A stretch of DNA of 32,000 nucleotides from assembly GCF_000025685.1 (NCBI RefSeq), contig NC_013967.1, positions 1,050,001-1,082,000 of the forward strand, written 5' to 3'. Below are positions 14,921-23,515 of the stretch, in pieces (positions within the stretch are counted from its first letter, which is position 1; every line of letters starts with the position of its first letter). Made by a program: the position numbers and the translations under genes. The stretch comes from Haloferax volcanii DS2. GTDB lineage: Archaea > Halobacteriota > Halobacteria > Halobacteriales > Haloferacaceae. The notes below the pieces were generated by a model, which saw only the letters and a list, made by a program, of their open reading frames with translations, was not told where the DNA came from and did no database searches.

Positions 14921-15196
14921 TCAGTAGGGATAGCGCTTCGTCGCCCCGCAGTCGCACCTGACGACGACGTGGCCGCCGGCGCGGGTCCGGACGCGGGCGT
15001 TGACGCCGGGGCGGAGGTAGGCGTCGCAGTCGTCGCAGGAGAACCGGCGGAACGCTCTGGGGAGGCCGCAGCGGTTCCGCTCCGCGACGCGACGGGCGAG
15101 GCGGACATACTCCCGGGCGCGGTCGTGGTCGCGGTCGCTCGCCGCCTCGCGGGCGAGGGCGTGGAGTCGGTCGATGCGCTCCTCCGCGATGTTCAT
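14921..15196 (-). CDS. rnp4: RNase P protein component 4 (Rpp21/Rpr2 family)
   Basis: MNIAEERIDRLHALAREAA...YVRLARRVAERNR...FSCDDCDAYLRPGVNARVR...VVVRCDCG shows the N-terminal helical pair plus a C4 zinc ribbon typical of Rpp21. The ATG at 15196 is preferred to the track start at 15223. Confidence 0.8.
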   Translation of the reverse strand: MNIAEERIDRLHALAREAASDRDHDRAREYVRLARRVAERNRCGLPRAFRRFSCDDCDAYLRPGVNARVRTRAGGHVVVRCDCGATKRYPY

Positions 15197-15305
15197 ACAC
15201 GTTCGGGCGAGCGGCCCGGACAAAGACGTTCCGAACCGCGACGCGGGACCGACACCGAGGAACCGAAGCCGATACTGTGATACCCCGGCCGGAAAAACGG
15301 CGACT

Positions 15306-16367
15306 GTGCGCGTCCTGAACTACCTCGAGTTCGCCTCGCAACTCGACCGTAGCGGCATCGGCACCGCCACCGACCAGCAGCGGGCGGCCCTCGCCACGAC
15401 CGATGTGGAGGTCGTCACCTCCCCGTGGCCCGAGTCGGTCGCCGCGGGTGCCGCGGGCCTCCTGCGGGGCGACGGGGTCGTCCGCGACTACGACGTGGCC
15501 CACTGCAACCTCATCGGTCCCGGCTCGCTCGCCGTGGCCAGACAGGCCAAGCGCAACGACATCCCGCTCGTCCTCCACTCGCACGTCACCCGCGAGGACT
15601 TCGCCGAGAGCTTCCGCGGGTCGACCGCGGTCGCCCCCGCCCTCGGGAAGTACCTCAAGTGGTTCTACTCGCAGGCCGACGTGGTGCTCTGTCCCTCCGA
15701 GTACACGAAGCGAACCCTCGAATCCTACCCGGTCGACGCGCCGATTCGACCGGTTTCGAACGGCGTCGACACCGACGCGCTCGACGGGTTCGAAGACCGC
15801 CGCGAGGAGTACCGAACCGAGTACGACCTCGACGGGATGACCGTGTTCACCGTCGGCAACGTCTTCGAGCGCAAGGGGCTCACGACGTTCTGCACGCTCG
15901 CACAAGAGACCGACTACGACTTCGCGTGGTTCGGCCCCTACGACACCGGCCCGCACGCCTCGAAGACGGTGCGGTACTGGGTCGAAAACGCCCCCGAGAA
16001 CGTCACGTTCACCGGCTGGATAGACGACATCCGCGGCGCGTTCGGCGCGGGCGACGTCTACCTGTTCGCGACGAAAAACGAGAATCAGGGCATCGCGGTC
16101 CTCGAAGCGATGGCCTGCGGGAAGGCGGTCGTCATCCGCGACATCCCGGTGTTCGAGGAGTTCTATACCCACGGCCACGACTGCCTGAAGTGTTCGACCG
16201 ACGCGGAGTTCCGCCGGGCGCTCGATCTCCTCGCCCGCGACCCCGACCTCCGGCGACGGCTCGGCGAGAACGCCCGCGAGACCGCCGCCAAACACAGCCT
16301 CGACCGCGTCGGCGACAGGCTCGTCGAGACGTACGAGGACGCGCTGGCCGGGCGACTCGAAGGCTGA
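15306..16367 (+). CDS. Glycosyltransferase, family 4 (GT-B, group 1)
   Basis: The GTG start at 15306 gives VRVLNYLEFASQLDRSGIGT. The C-terminal half has ...FTGWIDD...LFATKNENQGIAVLEAMACGKAVVIRDIPVFEEF, the EX7E-type GT4 motif. The first 44 codons of the track ORF overlap rnp4 and its promoter and look non-coding. Confidence 0.8.
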   Translation: MRVLNYLEFASQLDRSGIGTATDQQRAALATTDVEVVTSPWPESVAAGAAGLLRGDGVVRDYDVAHCNLIGPGSLAVARQAKRNDIPLVLHSHVTREDFAESFRGSTAVAPALGKYLKWFYSQADVVLCPSEYTKRTLESYPVDAPIRPVSNGVDTDALDGFEDRREEYRTEYDLDGMTVFTVGNVFERKGLTTFCTLAQETDYDFAWFGPYDTGPHASKTVRYWVENAPENVTFTGWIDDIRGAFGAGDVYLFATKNENQGIAVLEAMACGKAVVIRDIPVFEEFYTHGHDCLKCSTDAEFRRALDLLARDPDLRRRLGENARETAAKHSLDRVGDRLVETYEDALAGRLEG

Positions 16368-16466
16368 CCGGCGAGATACTCGACCATCTGGAAGCTGGCA
16401 CGCTAACACACGACAGTCCAGCGGGAAGTCACAACGGTTTATCCCGTCGGGGTCGCACGAACGGCC

Positions 16467-17573
16467 ATGCAGTCGGTCGCCGCGTTCACCGACACGTACC
16501 TACCGACCGTCAACGGCGTCACCTACACGATTCAGACGTGGCGCGAGCGGTGGCACCGCCGCGGCGGCCGCATGGACGTGGTGTTCCCGGCGGACGACGA
16601 CTACGACCCCGAGCCCGGCGAGTACGGCGTCCGAAGCCTTCCGTTCCCGTTCTACGAGGGGATTCGAATCGGCGCGCCGCGCATTCCGGGAGCCGTCGAC
16701 GACGTCGACGTCGTCCACGCCCACACTCCGTTCGGCCTCGGACTGGCCGGACTCCGACTCGCTCGCCGGCACGACATCCCGCTCGTGGCGACCTACCACA
16801 CCCCGACCGGCGAGTACGCCGAGTACCTCAGCTCCGTCGGCGCTATCGAGCGCGGCGTCGAGCGCACCGCCGAGCGGTACGAGCGGTGGTTCTTCGACCG
16901 CGCCGACGCGGTCATCGTCCCGAGCGAGGACGCAGAGCGCCGCCTCGTCGACGAGGTCGGCGTCGAGGCCGAAATCGTCGTCCTCTCGAACGGCATCGAC
17001 GTGGAGCGGTTCGAACCCGTCGAGGGCGACGACTTCCGCCGCCGCTACGACCTCGGCAACGGCCCCCTCATCGGCTACACGGGCCGTCACGGCTACGAGA
17101 AGCGTCTCGACGAACTCGTCCGGGCCGCGGCCGACCTCGACGCGACGCTCGTCTTCGGCGGCGACGGCCCCGCCCGCGACGAGCTGTCAGCCCTCGCCGA
17201 CGACCTCGGCGTGGACGCTCGTTTCCTCGGCTTTCTCGACCGCGAGGAACTGCCGGCGTTCTACTCCGCGCTCGACGTGTTCTGTTTTCCGAGCCCCGTC
17301 GAGACGCAGGGGCTCGTCGCGCTGGAGGCCAACGCCTGCGGGACGCCTGTCGTCGGCGTCAACGAGGGCGCACTTGAGAACACCGTCCTCGACGGCGTGA
17401 CCGGCTACCACTACGAGTCCGGCGATTTAGACGGGTTCCGGCGCGGAATCCGGCGGGCGCTGGCGGAGCGCGAGGAGCTCAGCGCGCGGTGTCTCGACCG
17501 CCGTGACGAGGTGAGCGTCGACCGGTCTGTCGACCGACTCGCCGCGCTCTACGACCGGTTGGCATCGGAATAA
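16467..17573 (+). CDS. Glycosyltransferase, family 4 (GT-B, group 1)
   Basis: FTDTYLPTVNGVTYTI... N-terminus and FCFPSPVETQGLVALEANACGTPVVGVNEGALENTV C-terminal GT4 motif. A TATA-like tttat at 16437-16441 lies about 26 nt before the ATG. Confidence 0.85.
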   Translation: MQSVAAFTDTYLPTVNGVTYTIQTWRERWHRRGGRMDVVFPADDDYDPEPGEYGVRSLPFPFYEGIRIGAPRIPGAVDDVDVVHAHTPFGLGLAGLRLARRHDIPLVATYHTPTGEYAEYLSSVGAIERGVERTAERYERWFFDRADAVIVPSEDAERRLVDEVGVEAEIVVLSNGIDVERFEPVEGDDFRRRYDLGNGPLIGYTGRHGYEKRLDELVRAAADLDATLVFGGDGPARDELSALADDLGVDARFLGFLDREELPAFYSALDVFCFPSPVETQGLVALEANACGTPVVGVNEGALENTVLDGVTGYHYESGDLDGFRRGIRRALAEREELSARCLDRRDEVSVDRSVDRLAALYDRLASE

Positions 17574-17577
17574 AAAA
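17572..17577 (-). terminator. T6 run downstream of the Gly/Met-rich protein gene (minus strand)
   Basis: A6 on the plus strand equals TTTTTT on the minus strand, 26 nt after the TAA of the 17603..18031 gene. It overlaps the stop codon of the convergent GT4 gene. Confidence 0.45.
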
Positions 17578-17602
17578 CAGCGAGACCGACTGCGAAACCG
17601 CG

Positions 17603-18031
17603 TTAGTCGCGACCTTCGAGCGCGTCAGCGATGCGGCGCAGTTCGCGGTTCACGTCGCGGACCTCGTCGCGGAGCTGTCGGACCTCCCGGACGAGCTGTT
17701 CGTCGTTTCCGCTTCCCTGCTCGGGGTCGCGCGGGCCGCCGCCCATACTTCCGGGACCGCCGCCCATGCCGCCGCCACCGCCCATGCCGCCGGGGCCGCC
17801 GCCGCCCATCATGCCGCTCATCATCTGCGCGAACGGGTTGCCGCCGCCGCCCATGCCGCCGGGGCCGCCGCCGCCCATCATCTCTTCGGGGTCGGGACGC
17901 TCGCCTTCCTCGCGCTCTTTCTCGCGGCGCTGTCGAATCTCTTCGACCCGCTCGCGGAACGACTTCTCTTCTTCGCCGTCGTCGCCCTCGCCGGGCGTCT
18001 GCGTCTCGTCTGCGGGTTCGTCGTCAGCCAT
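17603..18031 (-). CDS. Hypothetical Gly/Met-rich low-complexity protein with acidic N-terminus and coiled-coil-like C-terminus (142 aa)
   Basis: MADDEPADETQ...EKEREEGERPDPEEMMGGGGPGGMGGGGNPFAQMMSGMMGGGGPGGMGGGGGMGGGPGSMGGGP...LVREVRQLRDEVRDVNRELRRIADALEG. Codon usage matches neighbouring genes and a terminator-like T6 follows. Confidence 0.65.
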   Translation of the reverse strand: MADDEPADETQTPGEGDDGEEEKSFRERVEEIRQRREKEREEGERPDPEEMMGGGGPGGMGGGGNPFAQMMSGMMGGGGPGGMGGGGGMGGGPGSMGGGPRDPEQGSGNDEQLVREVRQLRDEVRDVNRELRRIADALEGRD

Positions 18032-18091
18032 GAGAGCGAATTGGCCGTCCTCCCGGAAAGTGCTGACGGTCTCTGAGAAGCGTGCCGTCGC

Positions 18092-18838
18092 TCACCCGAA
18101 CGCGCCGAGGCTCGACTGGAGGTCGCGGTCGGTCCCGCCGTCGCCGAGTTCGTGGCCGACGAGGTCGCGCATGTCGACCGCGTAGGTCGTCCCGCGGTGG
18201 TCGAGGACGAGCACGCGCCCCTTCACGCCGCGGACCGTTCCCGTGGCGACGGTCTCGGCGACAGGCGAGCCGGCGAGGTCGAGACCGTAGTCGAACGCGA
18301 ACGTCTCGATGGGGTCGAACCGGGCGACGAGGGCGTCCCACGCCGCGGCGTCGACCGCCCGGCCGAACCCCTCGATTTTGGTCGGGACGCGGATGCGGTC
18401 GGTAATCTCGGTCGCCAGTTCGGCCTCGTACTCGCGGGCGACCCGGCCGTCCGAGAACGTCCGGACGTGGGCCGCGCGGTCCGCCCCCTGCTCGCGCAGG
18501 CGGGTGTCGAGCCGCCACTCGCGGGTGACGCCGACTTTGAACGTGTCGGGGGCGAACGCGGCGAGATAGACCGCGTGGTCCTCGTAGCAGTCCATCTCGT
18601 CTTTCAGACACGTCCCCGTACACTTCGCGCAGACCCACGTGTGGCGGTGGTCAGAACAGTACGGCGCACGAGTATTGTCGCAGGCGACGTGGCGGTCGTC
18701 GTGGATGGTGCCCGCGCAGTGGCGGTCGCCGAGGCGGTAGTCGAGTTCGGTGCCGGGGGCGAGCGCGACCGAGTCGATGCCGTCGCTCGCGCTCACGAGC
18801 AGCGCGGGGGTTCCGGTATCGTAGCCGACGACCTGCAC
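18092..18838 (-). CDS. Conserved hypothetical Cys/His-rich protein (possibly DUF2797-like; assignment from memory, unverified)
   Basis: The central cluster CAGTIHDDRHVACDNTRAPYCSDHRHTWVCAKCTGTCLKDEMDCYEDH has 8 Cys and several His, suggesting metal binding. The remainder is an acidic globular sequence. Confidence 0.7.
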   Translation of the reverse strand: MQVVGYDTGTPALLVSASDGIDSVALAPGTELDYRLGDRHCAGTIHDDRHVACDNTRAPYCSDHRHTWVCAKCTGTCLKDEMDCYEDHAVYLAAFAPDTFKVGVTREWRLDTRLREQGADRAAHVRTFSDGRVAREYEAELATEITDRIRVPTKIEGFGRAVDAAAWDALVARFDPIETFAFDYGLDLAGSPVAETVATGTVRGVKGRVLVLDHRGTTYAVDMRDLVGHELGDGGTDRDLQSSLGAFG

Positions 18839-18962
18839 GCTCCGGGGTAGGGAGTCGCGGTAGAAAGGTGGCTCGCTCCGGGGGCGGGTTTCGGGGTCGC
18901 CCCGGGCGTCGGCCGCGATTGTCAGTGTCGGTGTCGGTCGCGGCTGTGAGCGTCGGCAGCCG

Positions 18963-19910
18963 TTATTCGTATTCGGCGCGAAGCTCTGCTGCGAGTTCCT
19001 CGGCGGCGCGGCGGACGGCCTCGTCGCTCGACCCGTCGGGCTCCCAGCCGAGCGCGGAGAGCTTCTCGATGGAGAGGCGCATCTTCGGCACGTCGCCGGT
19101 CCAGCCGCGGTCGCCGCCGGTGTACTCGAACTCGGGGTCGAGGTCCAGCACGTCGGCGACGATGTTGGCGATGGTCGTCACGGAGGTGGTCGTCCGCGTG
19201 CCGAGGTTGTAGACGTTGTAGTCGCGGTCGGCGTGTTCGACGACGTGGCACATCGCGTCGATGCAGTCCTCGACGTGGAGGTAGGACTTCTCCTGGCGGC
19301 CGTCGCCGAGGATTTCGAGCGTCTCGGGGTCTTCGAGGAGCTTCTCGATGAAGTCCGGGATGACGTTGCCGCGCTGGTTCGGGCCGACGATGTTGGCGAA
19401 GCGGTACATGTAGACCGTGAAGTCGTAGGAGTGGGCGAACGTCGAAAGCAGGCCCTCGTCGGCGAGCTTGGAGGAGCCGTAGATGCTGATGGGTTCGAGG
19501 GGGGCGTAGTCCTCGGGTGTCGGTCGCGGGGCCTCGCCGTAGATGGTCGACGAGGAGGTGAAGGCGATATCCGACACGCCGACCTCCTGCATCCGTTCGA
19601 GGACGTTGTACGTCATCTCGGTGTTCTCCTCGAACAGCTGTCGGGGGTTGCCGTAGTTCGTGTCCGTGTAGGCCGCGAAGTGGAAGACGATATCGAGGTC
19701 CTCGGTGACGGCCTCGGCGACGTCGTCGGGGTCGGTCATGTCGGCCTGTACGAACTCGACGCCGTCGGGGACCTGCTCGCGGTCTCCCTTCGAGAGGTCG
19801 TCGGCGACGACCACGTAGTTGTCCTCGGAGAGGTGTGCGGCGAGGTGAGAGCCGACGAGTCCCGCGCCCCCGGTCACGAGGACGCGCTTGTCGGAGAGTT
19901 CCAGCGACAT
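18963..19910 (-). CDS. NAD-dependent epimerase/dehydratase (extended SDR, UDP-sugar 4-epimerase-like)
   Basis: The ATG at 19910 gives MSLELSDKRVLVTGGAGLVGSHLAAHL, a GxxGxxG Rossmann motif. The catalytic YxxxK is at SIYGSSKLADE. The track ORF's 117-aa N-terminal extension is Arg/Ser/Pro-rich, overlaps the trm56 start on the opposite strand, and was rejected. Confidence 0.85.
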   Translation of the reverse strand: MSLELSDKRVLVTGGAGLVGSHLAAHLSEDNYVVVADDLSKGDREQVPDGVEFVQADMTDPDDVAEAVTEDLDIVFHFAAYTDTNYGNPRQLFEENTEMTYNVLERMQEVGVSDIAFTSSSTIYGEAPRPTPEDYAPLEPISIYGSSKLADEGLLSTFAHSYDFTVYMYRFANIVGPNQRGNVIPDFIEKLLEDPETLEILGDGRQEKSYLHVEDCIDAMCHVVEHADRDYNVYNLGTRTTTSVTTIANIVADVLDLDPEFEYTGGDRGWTGDVPKMRLSIEKLSALGWEPDGSSDEAVRRAAEELAAELRAEYE

Positions 19911-20007
19911 GGCACAGATGATTCGGCCGAGTGATAAGTCCGTTTCCCCTCCGGGCCGCCGCCCGCGTTCCGAAAGCACCACTTTCCCCCGCCGTCTTCG
20001 GAGAGAC

Positions 20008-20550
20008 ATGCACAACGAACCCGAGGTCGCCGTCCTCCGGTACGGACACCGACCGGGGCGCGACGACCGGATGACGACGCACGTCGGCCTGACGGCCCGC
20101 GCGCTCGGCGCGGACCGGGTCATCCTACCGGACAACGCCGGCCATTCGATGGAGACGGTCGAGGACATCACGGGCCGGTTCGGCGGCCCCTTCGAGGTCG
20201 AACTCACCGAAGCGCTCAACGGCGTCATCCGCAACTGGGAGGGAAGGGTCGTCCATCTCACGATGTACGGCGAGCGCGTTCAGGACGTTGAAGCCGACAT
20301 CCGCGAGGCGCACGCCGAGGAACCGCTCCTCGTCGTCGTCGGCGGGGAGAAAGTCCCCTTCGAGGTGTACGAGGGGGCGGACTGGAACGTCGGCGTCACG
20401 AACCAGCCGCACTCGGAGGTCGCGGGCCTCGCGGTGTTCCTCGACCGCCTGTTCGACGGGCGCGAACTCGACCGCGAGTGGGAGGACGCCGAAAACCGGG
20501 TGGTTCCGATGGCGACGGGCAAGAAAGTCGTCCCGGCCGACGAGGAGTAA
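20008..20550 (+). CDS. trm56: tRNA (cytidine56-2'-O)-methyltransferase aTrm56 (SPOUT family)
   Basis: VAVLRYGHRPGRDDRMTTHVGLTARALGADRVIL matches the aTrm56 N-terminal signature (LRLGHRPxRDxRxTTHVxLxARAxGA). ATG at 20008. Confidence 0.8.
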   Translation: MHNEPEVAVLRYGHRPGRDDRMTTHVGLTARALGADRVILPDNAGHSMETVEDITGRFGGPFEVELTEALNGVIRNWEGRVVHLTMYGERVQDVEADIREAHAEEPLLVVVGGEKVPFEVYEGADWNVGVTNQPHSEVAGLAVFLDRLFDGRELDREWEDAENRVVPMATGKKVVPADEE

Positions 20551-20595
20551 TCGGAGCGTCGGCGCGCCCGCTTGCGGTTCTCCGCTGCCCGGGAG

Positions 20596-20627
20596 TAATA
20601 AGACTTAATGGCGTTCCTGACGCCATT
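20596..20627 (+). promoter_or_regulatory. tfe promoter region: TATA-like taataagacttaa followed by an 8-bp inverted repeat
   Basis: AT-rich 20596-20609 lies about 26-39 nt upstream of the ATG at 20635. aatggcgt (20607-20614) and acgccatt (20620-20627) are exact reverse complements with a 5-nt spacer. Confidence 0.45.
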
Positions 20628-20634
20628 TCGCACA

Positions 20635-21165
20635 ATGGCTTTTGAGGAGTTACTGAACGACCCTGTTATCCAGAAGTACCTCCACGAGTTGGTCGGGCCA
20701 ACCGGGATGCCGGTCGCGGCGGCACCCCCGGACGGCGAGGTCACCGACGAGGAACTCGCCGAGGAACTGCGGCTCGAACTCAACGACGTGCGCCGCGCGC
20801 TGTTTATTCTCTACGAGAACGACCTCGCGTCGTACCGCCGCGTCCGCGACGAGGACTCCGGCTGGCTCACCTACCTCTGGACCTTCCACTACGAAAACAT
20901 CCCCGAGAACCTCGAAGAGGAGATGTACCGCCTCCTCGACGCGCTCGAAGAACGCCTCGACTACGAGCGCAACCACGAGTTCTACCTCTCGGAACCCGCC
21001 GGCATCCGCTTCGAGTTCTCCGAGGCGATGGAACACGGCTTCCAGTGCCCCGAGACGGGCGCGCAGCTCGAACCGATGGACAACGACGACCTCGTCGACG
21101 CGATGGAGCGACGCATCGAGGAGCTTCGCGACGAGCTCAACGTCGAAGTGACGGGGACGAACTGA
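20635..21165 (+). CDS. tfe: Transcription factor E (TFE alpha, TFIIE-alpha homologue)
   Basis: MAFEELLNDPVIQKYLHELVG...EELAEELRLELNDVRRALFILYENDLASYRRVRDEDSGWLTYLW is the winged-helix part of TFE. FQCPETGAQLEP is a degenerate zinc-ribbon region. Confidence 0.8.
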   Translation: MAFEELLNDPVIQKYLHELVGPTGMPVAAAPPDGEVTDEELAEELRLELNDVRRALFILYENDLASYRRVRDEDSGWLTYLWTFHYENIPENLEEEMYRLLDALEERLDYERNHEFYLSEPAGIRFEFSEAMEHGFQCPETGAQLEPMDNDDLVDAMERRIEELRDELNVEVTGTN

Positions 21166-21843
21166 ATGGTCGTTCTCGCAACGAAGTGCTACATCGACGG
21201 TGACGCCCGCGAGCGGGCGCTCGACAGCCTCACGTCGCTCGTCGCCAACGACATCGGCGACCTCGACGTGACGTACGACATCGGCGTCCGCGACGACGGT
21301 TTCATCTCCGTGACGGTCTCCGGCGACGACGAGACGGTCGCGCGGAACGTCCTCCGCGAGGAGTGGGGCGAGGTCACGCCGCATCTGTCGGCCGGCGAGA
21401 CCTACGTCGGCACCCTCGAACACTGGGACGACGACGGCTTCGTCCTCGACGCGGGCATCGAGGTGCGCATCCCGACCGAGGAACTCGGCCTCGGCCGCGG
21501 CTCCGCGACCCAGATTCGCGACCGCTTCGGTCTCGTCCAGCATATGCCGCTGACGTTCGTCTACGGCGGCGACGAGGGGCCCTCGCGGCTGGCCGACGAG
21601 CAGGTCGACCGCCTCTACGACTGGACCCGCGGGAGCGGTCGCGTCAACGTCAACAGCGCGACCCGCGGCGAGGTCCGCGCGACGGTCAACCGCGCCGGCC
21701 ACGCGAAGGACATCGTGACCGTCGAGCGCCTCGGCCTGCTCGAACAGAGCATCGTCTGCCGGGACGAGACCGACCCGCCGGGGCTCCTCGCCAGCATCGG
21801 CTCGTACCTGCCGGCGGAGCTGAAGTGCGTCATCGGCCAGTAA
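21166..21843 (+). CDS. Conserved archaeal hypothetical protein immediately following tfe (DUF2110-like; from memory)
   Basis: The ATG directly abuts the tfe TGA (TGAATG at 21163-21168). The 225-aa acidic globular protein has compositional bias consistent with coding. Confidence 0.7.
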   Translation: MVVLATKCYIDGDARERALDSLTSLVANDIGDLDVTYDIGVRDDGFISVTVSGDDETVARNVLREEWGEVTPHLSAGETYVGTLEHWDDDGFVLDAGIEVRIPTEELGLGRGSATQIRDRFGLVQHMPLTFVYGGDEGPSRLADEQVDRLYDWTRGSGRVNVNSATRGEVRATVNRAGHAKDIVTVERLGLLEQSIVCRDETDPPGLLASIGSYLPAELKCVIGQ

Positions 21844-21847
21844 GACG

Positions 21848-22603
21848 ATGAACAGGCGACTCCTCGTCGGTATCGCCGCGCTCGCCCTCCTCCTCGTGAC
21901 CGCCGGGTGTCTCGGCGGCACCTCCAGCGTCTCGAACGACCGGCTCGACGCCGCGCCCGACGGCGACTACGCGTGGACCGCCGAGACTGATGCGCACATC
22001 ACGGTGCAGGACAACGGCCGGTTCCGCGCGGTCTACGAGGTCAACAGCTCCTCGGTCGAGCTCTACCGGTTCGACGGCTTCGGCAGTCGGACGCCCCTTT
22101 CGGTCGAGGCGGTCCGCTACCGCTACGACAACGGGACCGTCCTCAACGGGACCGAACTGAAGGCCCGCGGCGGCGACGTGACGCAGAACGACCGCATCAC
22201 GAACGTCACGCTCCCCGAGGACGCCGGACGCGACGGAAAGCTCGCGTTTAGCTCGTCCTCGACGCCGAAGCGGTTCTCGCTGCCCGTCTTCGTCGAGGGG
22301 AGCTACGAGGTCGTCCTGCCCGTGGACCGCCGCGTCGACTTCCCGATATTCGGGTCGGTCCGGCCGTCGGGCTACGACACCGAAGTCGTCGACGACCGGC
22401 TTCACATCCGGTGGGACGAAGTGACCGATGGGAACGTCGTCGTGCAGTTCTACCTCCAGCGCGACCTCGGTATCTTCGCGGCCGTCGCGGCCGTCTCGGT
22501 GCTGGTCGGCGGCGCGGGGATACTCTACTACCGCCGGCAGATTCGGGCGCTCCGCGACCGCAGACAGGAACTCGGCTTGGACGTGGAAGACGACGACCGC
22601 TGA
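21848..22603 (+). CDS. Secreted lipobox protein with twin-arginine-like signal and C-terminal TM anchor
   Basis: MNRRLLVGIAALALLLVTAGCLGG has an RR motif, a hydrophobic region and the lipobox TAGC. The C-terminus LGIFAAVAAVSVLVGGAGILYYRRQ is a TM helix. The gene starts 4 nt after the previous stop. Confidence 0.75.
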   Translation: MNRRLLVGIAALALLLVTAGCLGGTSSVSNDRLDAAPDGDYAWTAETDAHITVQDNGRFRAVYEVNSSSVELYRFDGFGSRTPLSVEAVRYRYDNGTVLNGTELKARGGDVTQNDRITNVTLPEDAGRDGKLAFSSSSTPKRFSLPVFVEGSYEVVLPVDRRVDFPIFGSVRPSGYDTEVVDDRLHIRWDEVTDGNVVVQFYLQRDLGIFAAVAAVSVLVGGAGILYYRRQIRALRDRRQELGLDVEDDDR

Positions 22604-22659
22604 CGCACGACTGAGCCGCGGTGTCAGCCCGCCGACCCGCGGTTCGCCGGTGTGAACGC

Positions 22660-22665
22660 TTTTTT
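22660..22665 (+). terminator. T6 run after the tfe operon; could alternatively be the TATA-like element of the next gene
   Basis: tttttt lies 57 nt after the stop at 22603 and is preceded by paired ccgcgg elements. It also lies 26-31 nt upstream of the ATG at 22691, so its role is ambiguous. Confidence 0.35.
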
Positions 22666-22690
22666 GCCTCGCAGCGCGCTACCTCGGGGT

Positions 22691-23383
22691 ATGCAAGTCG
22701 CCGTGGTCACCGTCGGGGACGAACTCCTCGCCGGCGACACCGTCAACACGAACGCCGCGTGGCTCTGCGAGGAACTGACGGCGCGAGGCGTCTCCGTCGA
22801 GCGCGTGACGACGGTCCCCGACCGCGTCGCCGACATCGCCCGCGTCGTCAACGAGTACCACGCCGAGTACGACGCCGTCGTCGTCACCGGCGGACTGGGG
22901 CCGACGCACGACGACGTGACGATGGAGAGCGTCGCGGCCGCGTTCGGGCGCTCGCTGGAGCGGAACGCCGACGCCGAGGAGTGGCTGGAGACCAACGGCG
23001 GCTACTCCGCGGCGGACCTCGTGGAGGGGACGACCGACCTCCCCGCGGGGTCGCGGATGCTCCCGAACGACGAGGGCGTCGCGCCCGGTGCGGTCGTCGG
23101 CTCGGTGTACGTGCTCCCCGGCGTCCCCGGCGAGATGAAAGCCATGTTCGCCCGCGTCGCCGACGAGTTCGCCGGCGAGCGGACCCACGTCCGGTTCGTC
23201 CACACCTCGGAGCCCGAAAGCTCGCTCATCGAGCGGTTCGAGGCCGTCCAATCGGCGTTCGACGTGACCGTCGGGAGCTACCCCGGCGACCACGTCAGAA
23301 TTAAACTCGCCGGAGCCGACGAGGAGACGGTCGAATCGGCGGCCGCGTGGCTCGAAGCGCGAGTCGACCTGTACGAAGAGTAG
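22691..23383 (+). CDS. CinA-like / MoaB-Mog-type molybdopterin-binding domain protein
   Basis: MQVAVVTVGDELLAGDTVNTNAAWLCEELTARGVSVERVTTVPD...VVVTGGLGPTHDDVT is the signature of the CinA N-terminal (MoCF_biosynth) domain. Confidence 0.8.
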   Translation: MQVAVVTVGDELLAGDTVNTNAAWLCEELTARGVSVERVTTVPDRVADIARVVNEYHAEYDAVVVTGGLGPTHDDVTMESVAAAFGRSLERNADAEEWLETNGGYSAADLVEGTTDLPAGSRMLPNDEGVAPGAVVGSVYVLPGVPGEMKAMFARVADEFAGERTHVRFVHTSEPESSLIERFEAVQSAFDVTVGSYPGDHVRIKLAGADEETVESAAAWLEARVDLYEE

Positions 23384-23401
23384 GGTCGGCCGGCCGACGG
23401 G

Positions 23402-23515
23402 TCAGCGCTGGAGGTACCAGAGCCACCCGGCGGTCATGAGGATACCCACGAGAAGCACGGTCGCGGCCGTCTCCGAGGTCGGCAACACCTGCTCGCTGGC
23501 TGATAGCGGAATCAT
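23402..23515 (-). CDS. Candidate small membrane protein (37 aa), below the ORF-track length cut-off
   Basis: My own translation of the minus strand gives MIPLSASEQVLPTSETAATVLLVGILMTAGWLWYLQR*, with one clear TM helix and a positive C-terminus. It sits in an otherwise empty gap. Confidence 0.35.
   Translation of the reverse strand: MIPLSASEQVLPTSETAATVLLVGILMTAGWLWYLQR

Noticed and set aside
14898-17377. 503-aa minus-strand and 650-aa plus-strand ORFs overlapping the two glycosyltransferase genes
   Set aside because: These are off-frame or antisense shadows. Their Arg/Pro-rich basic products contrast with clear GT4 motifs in the chosen frames.
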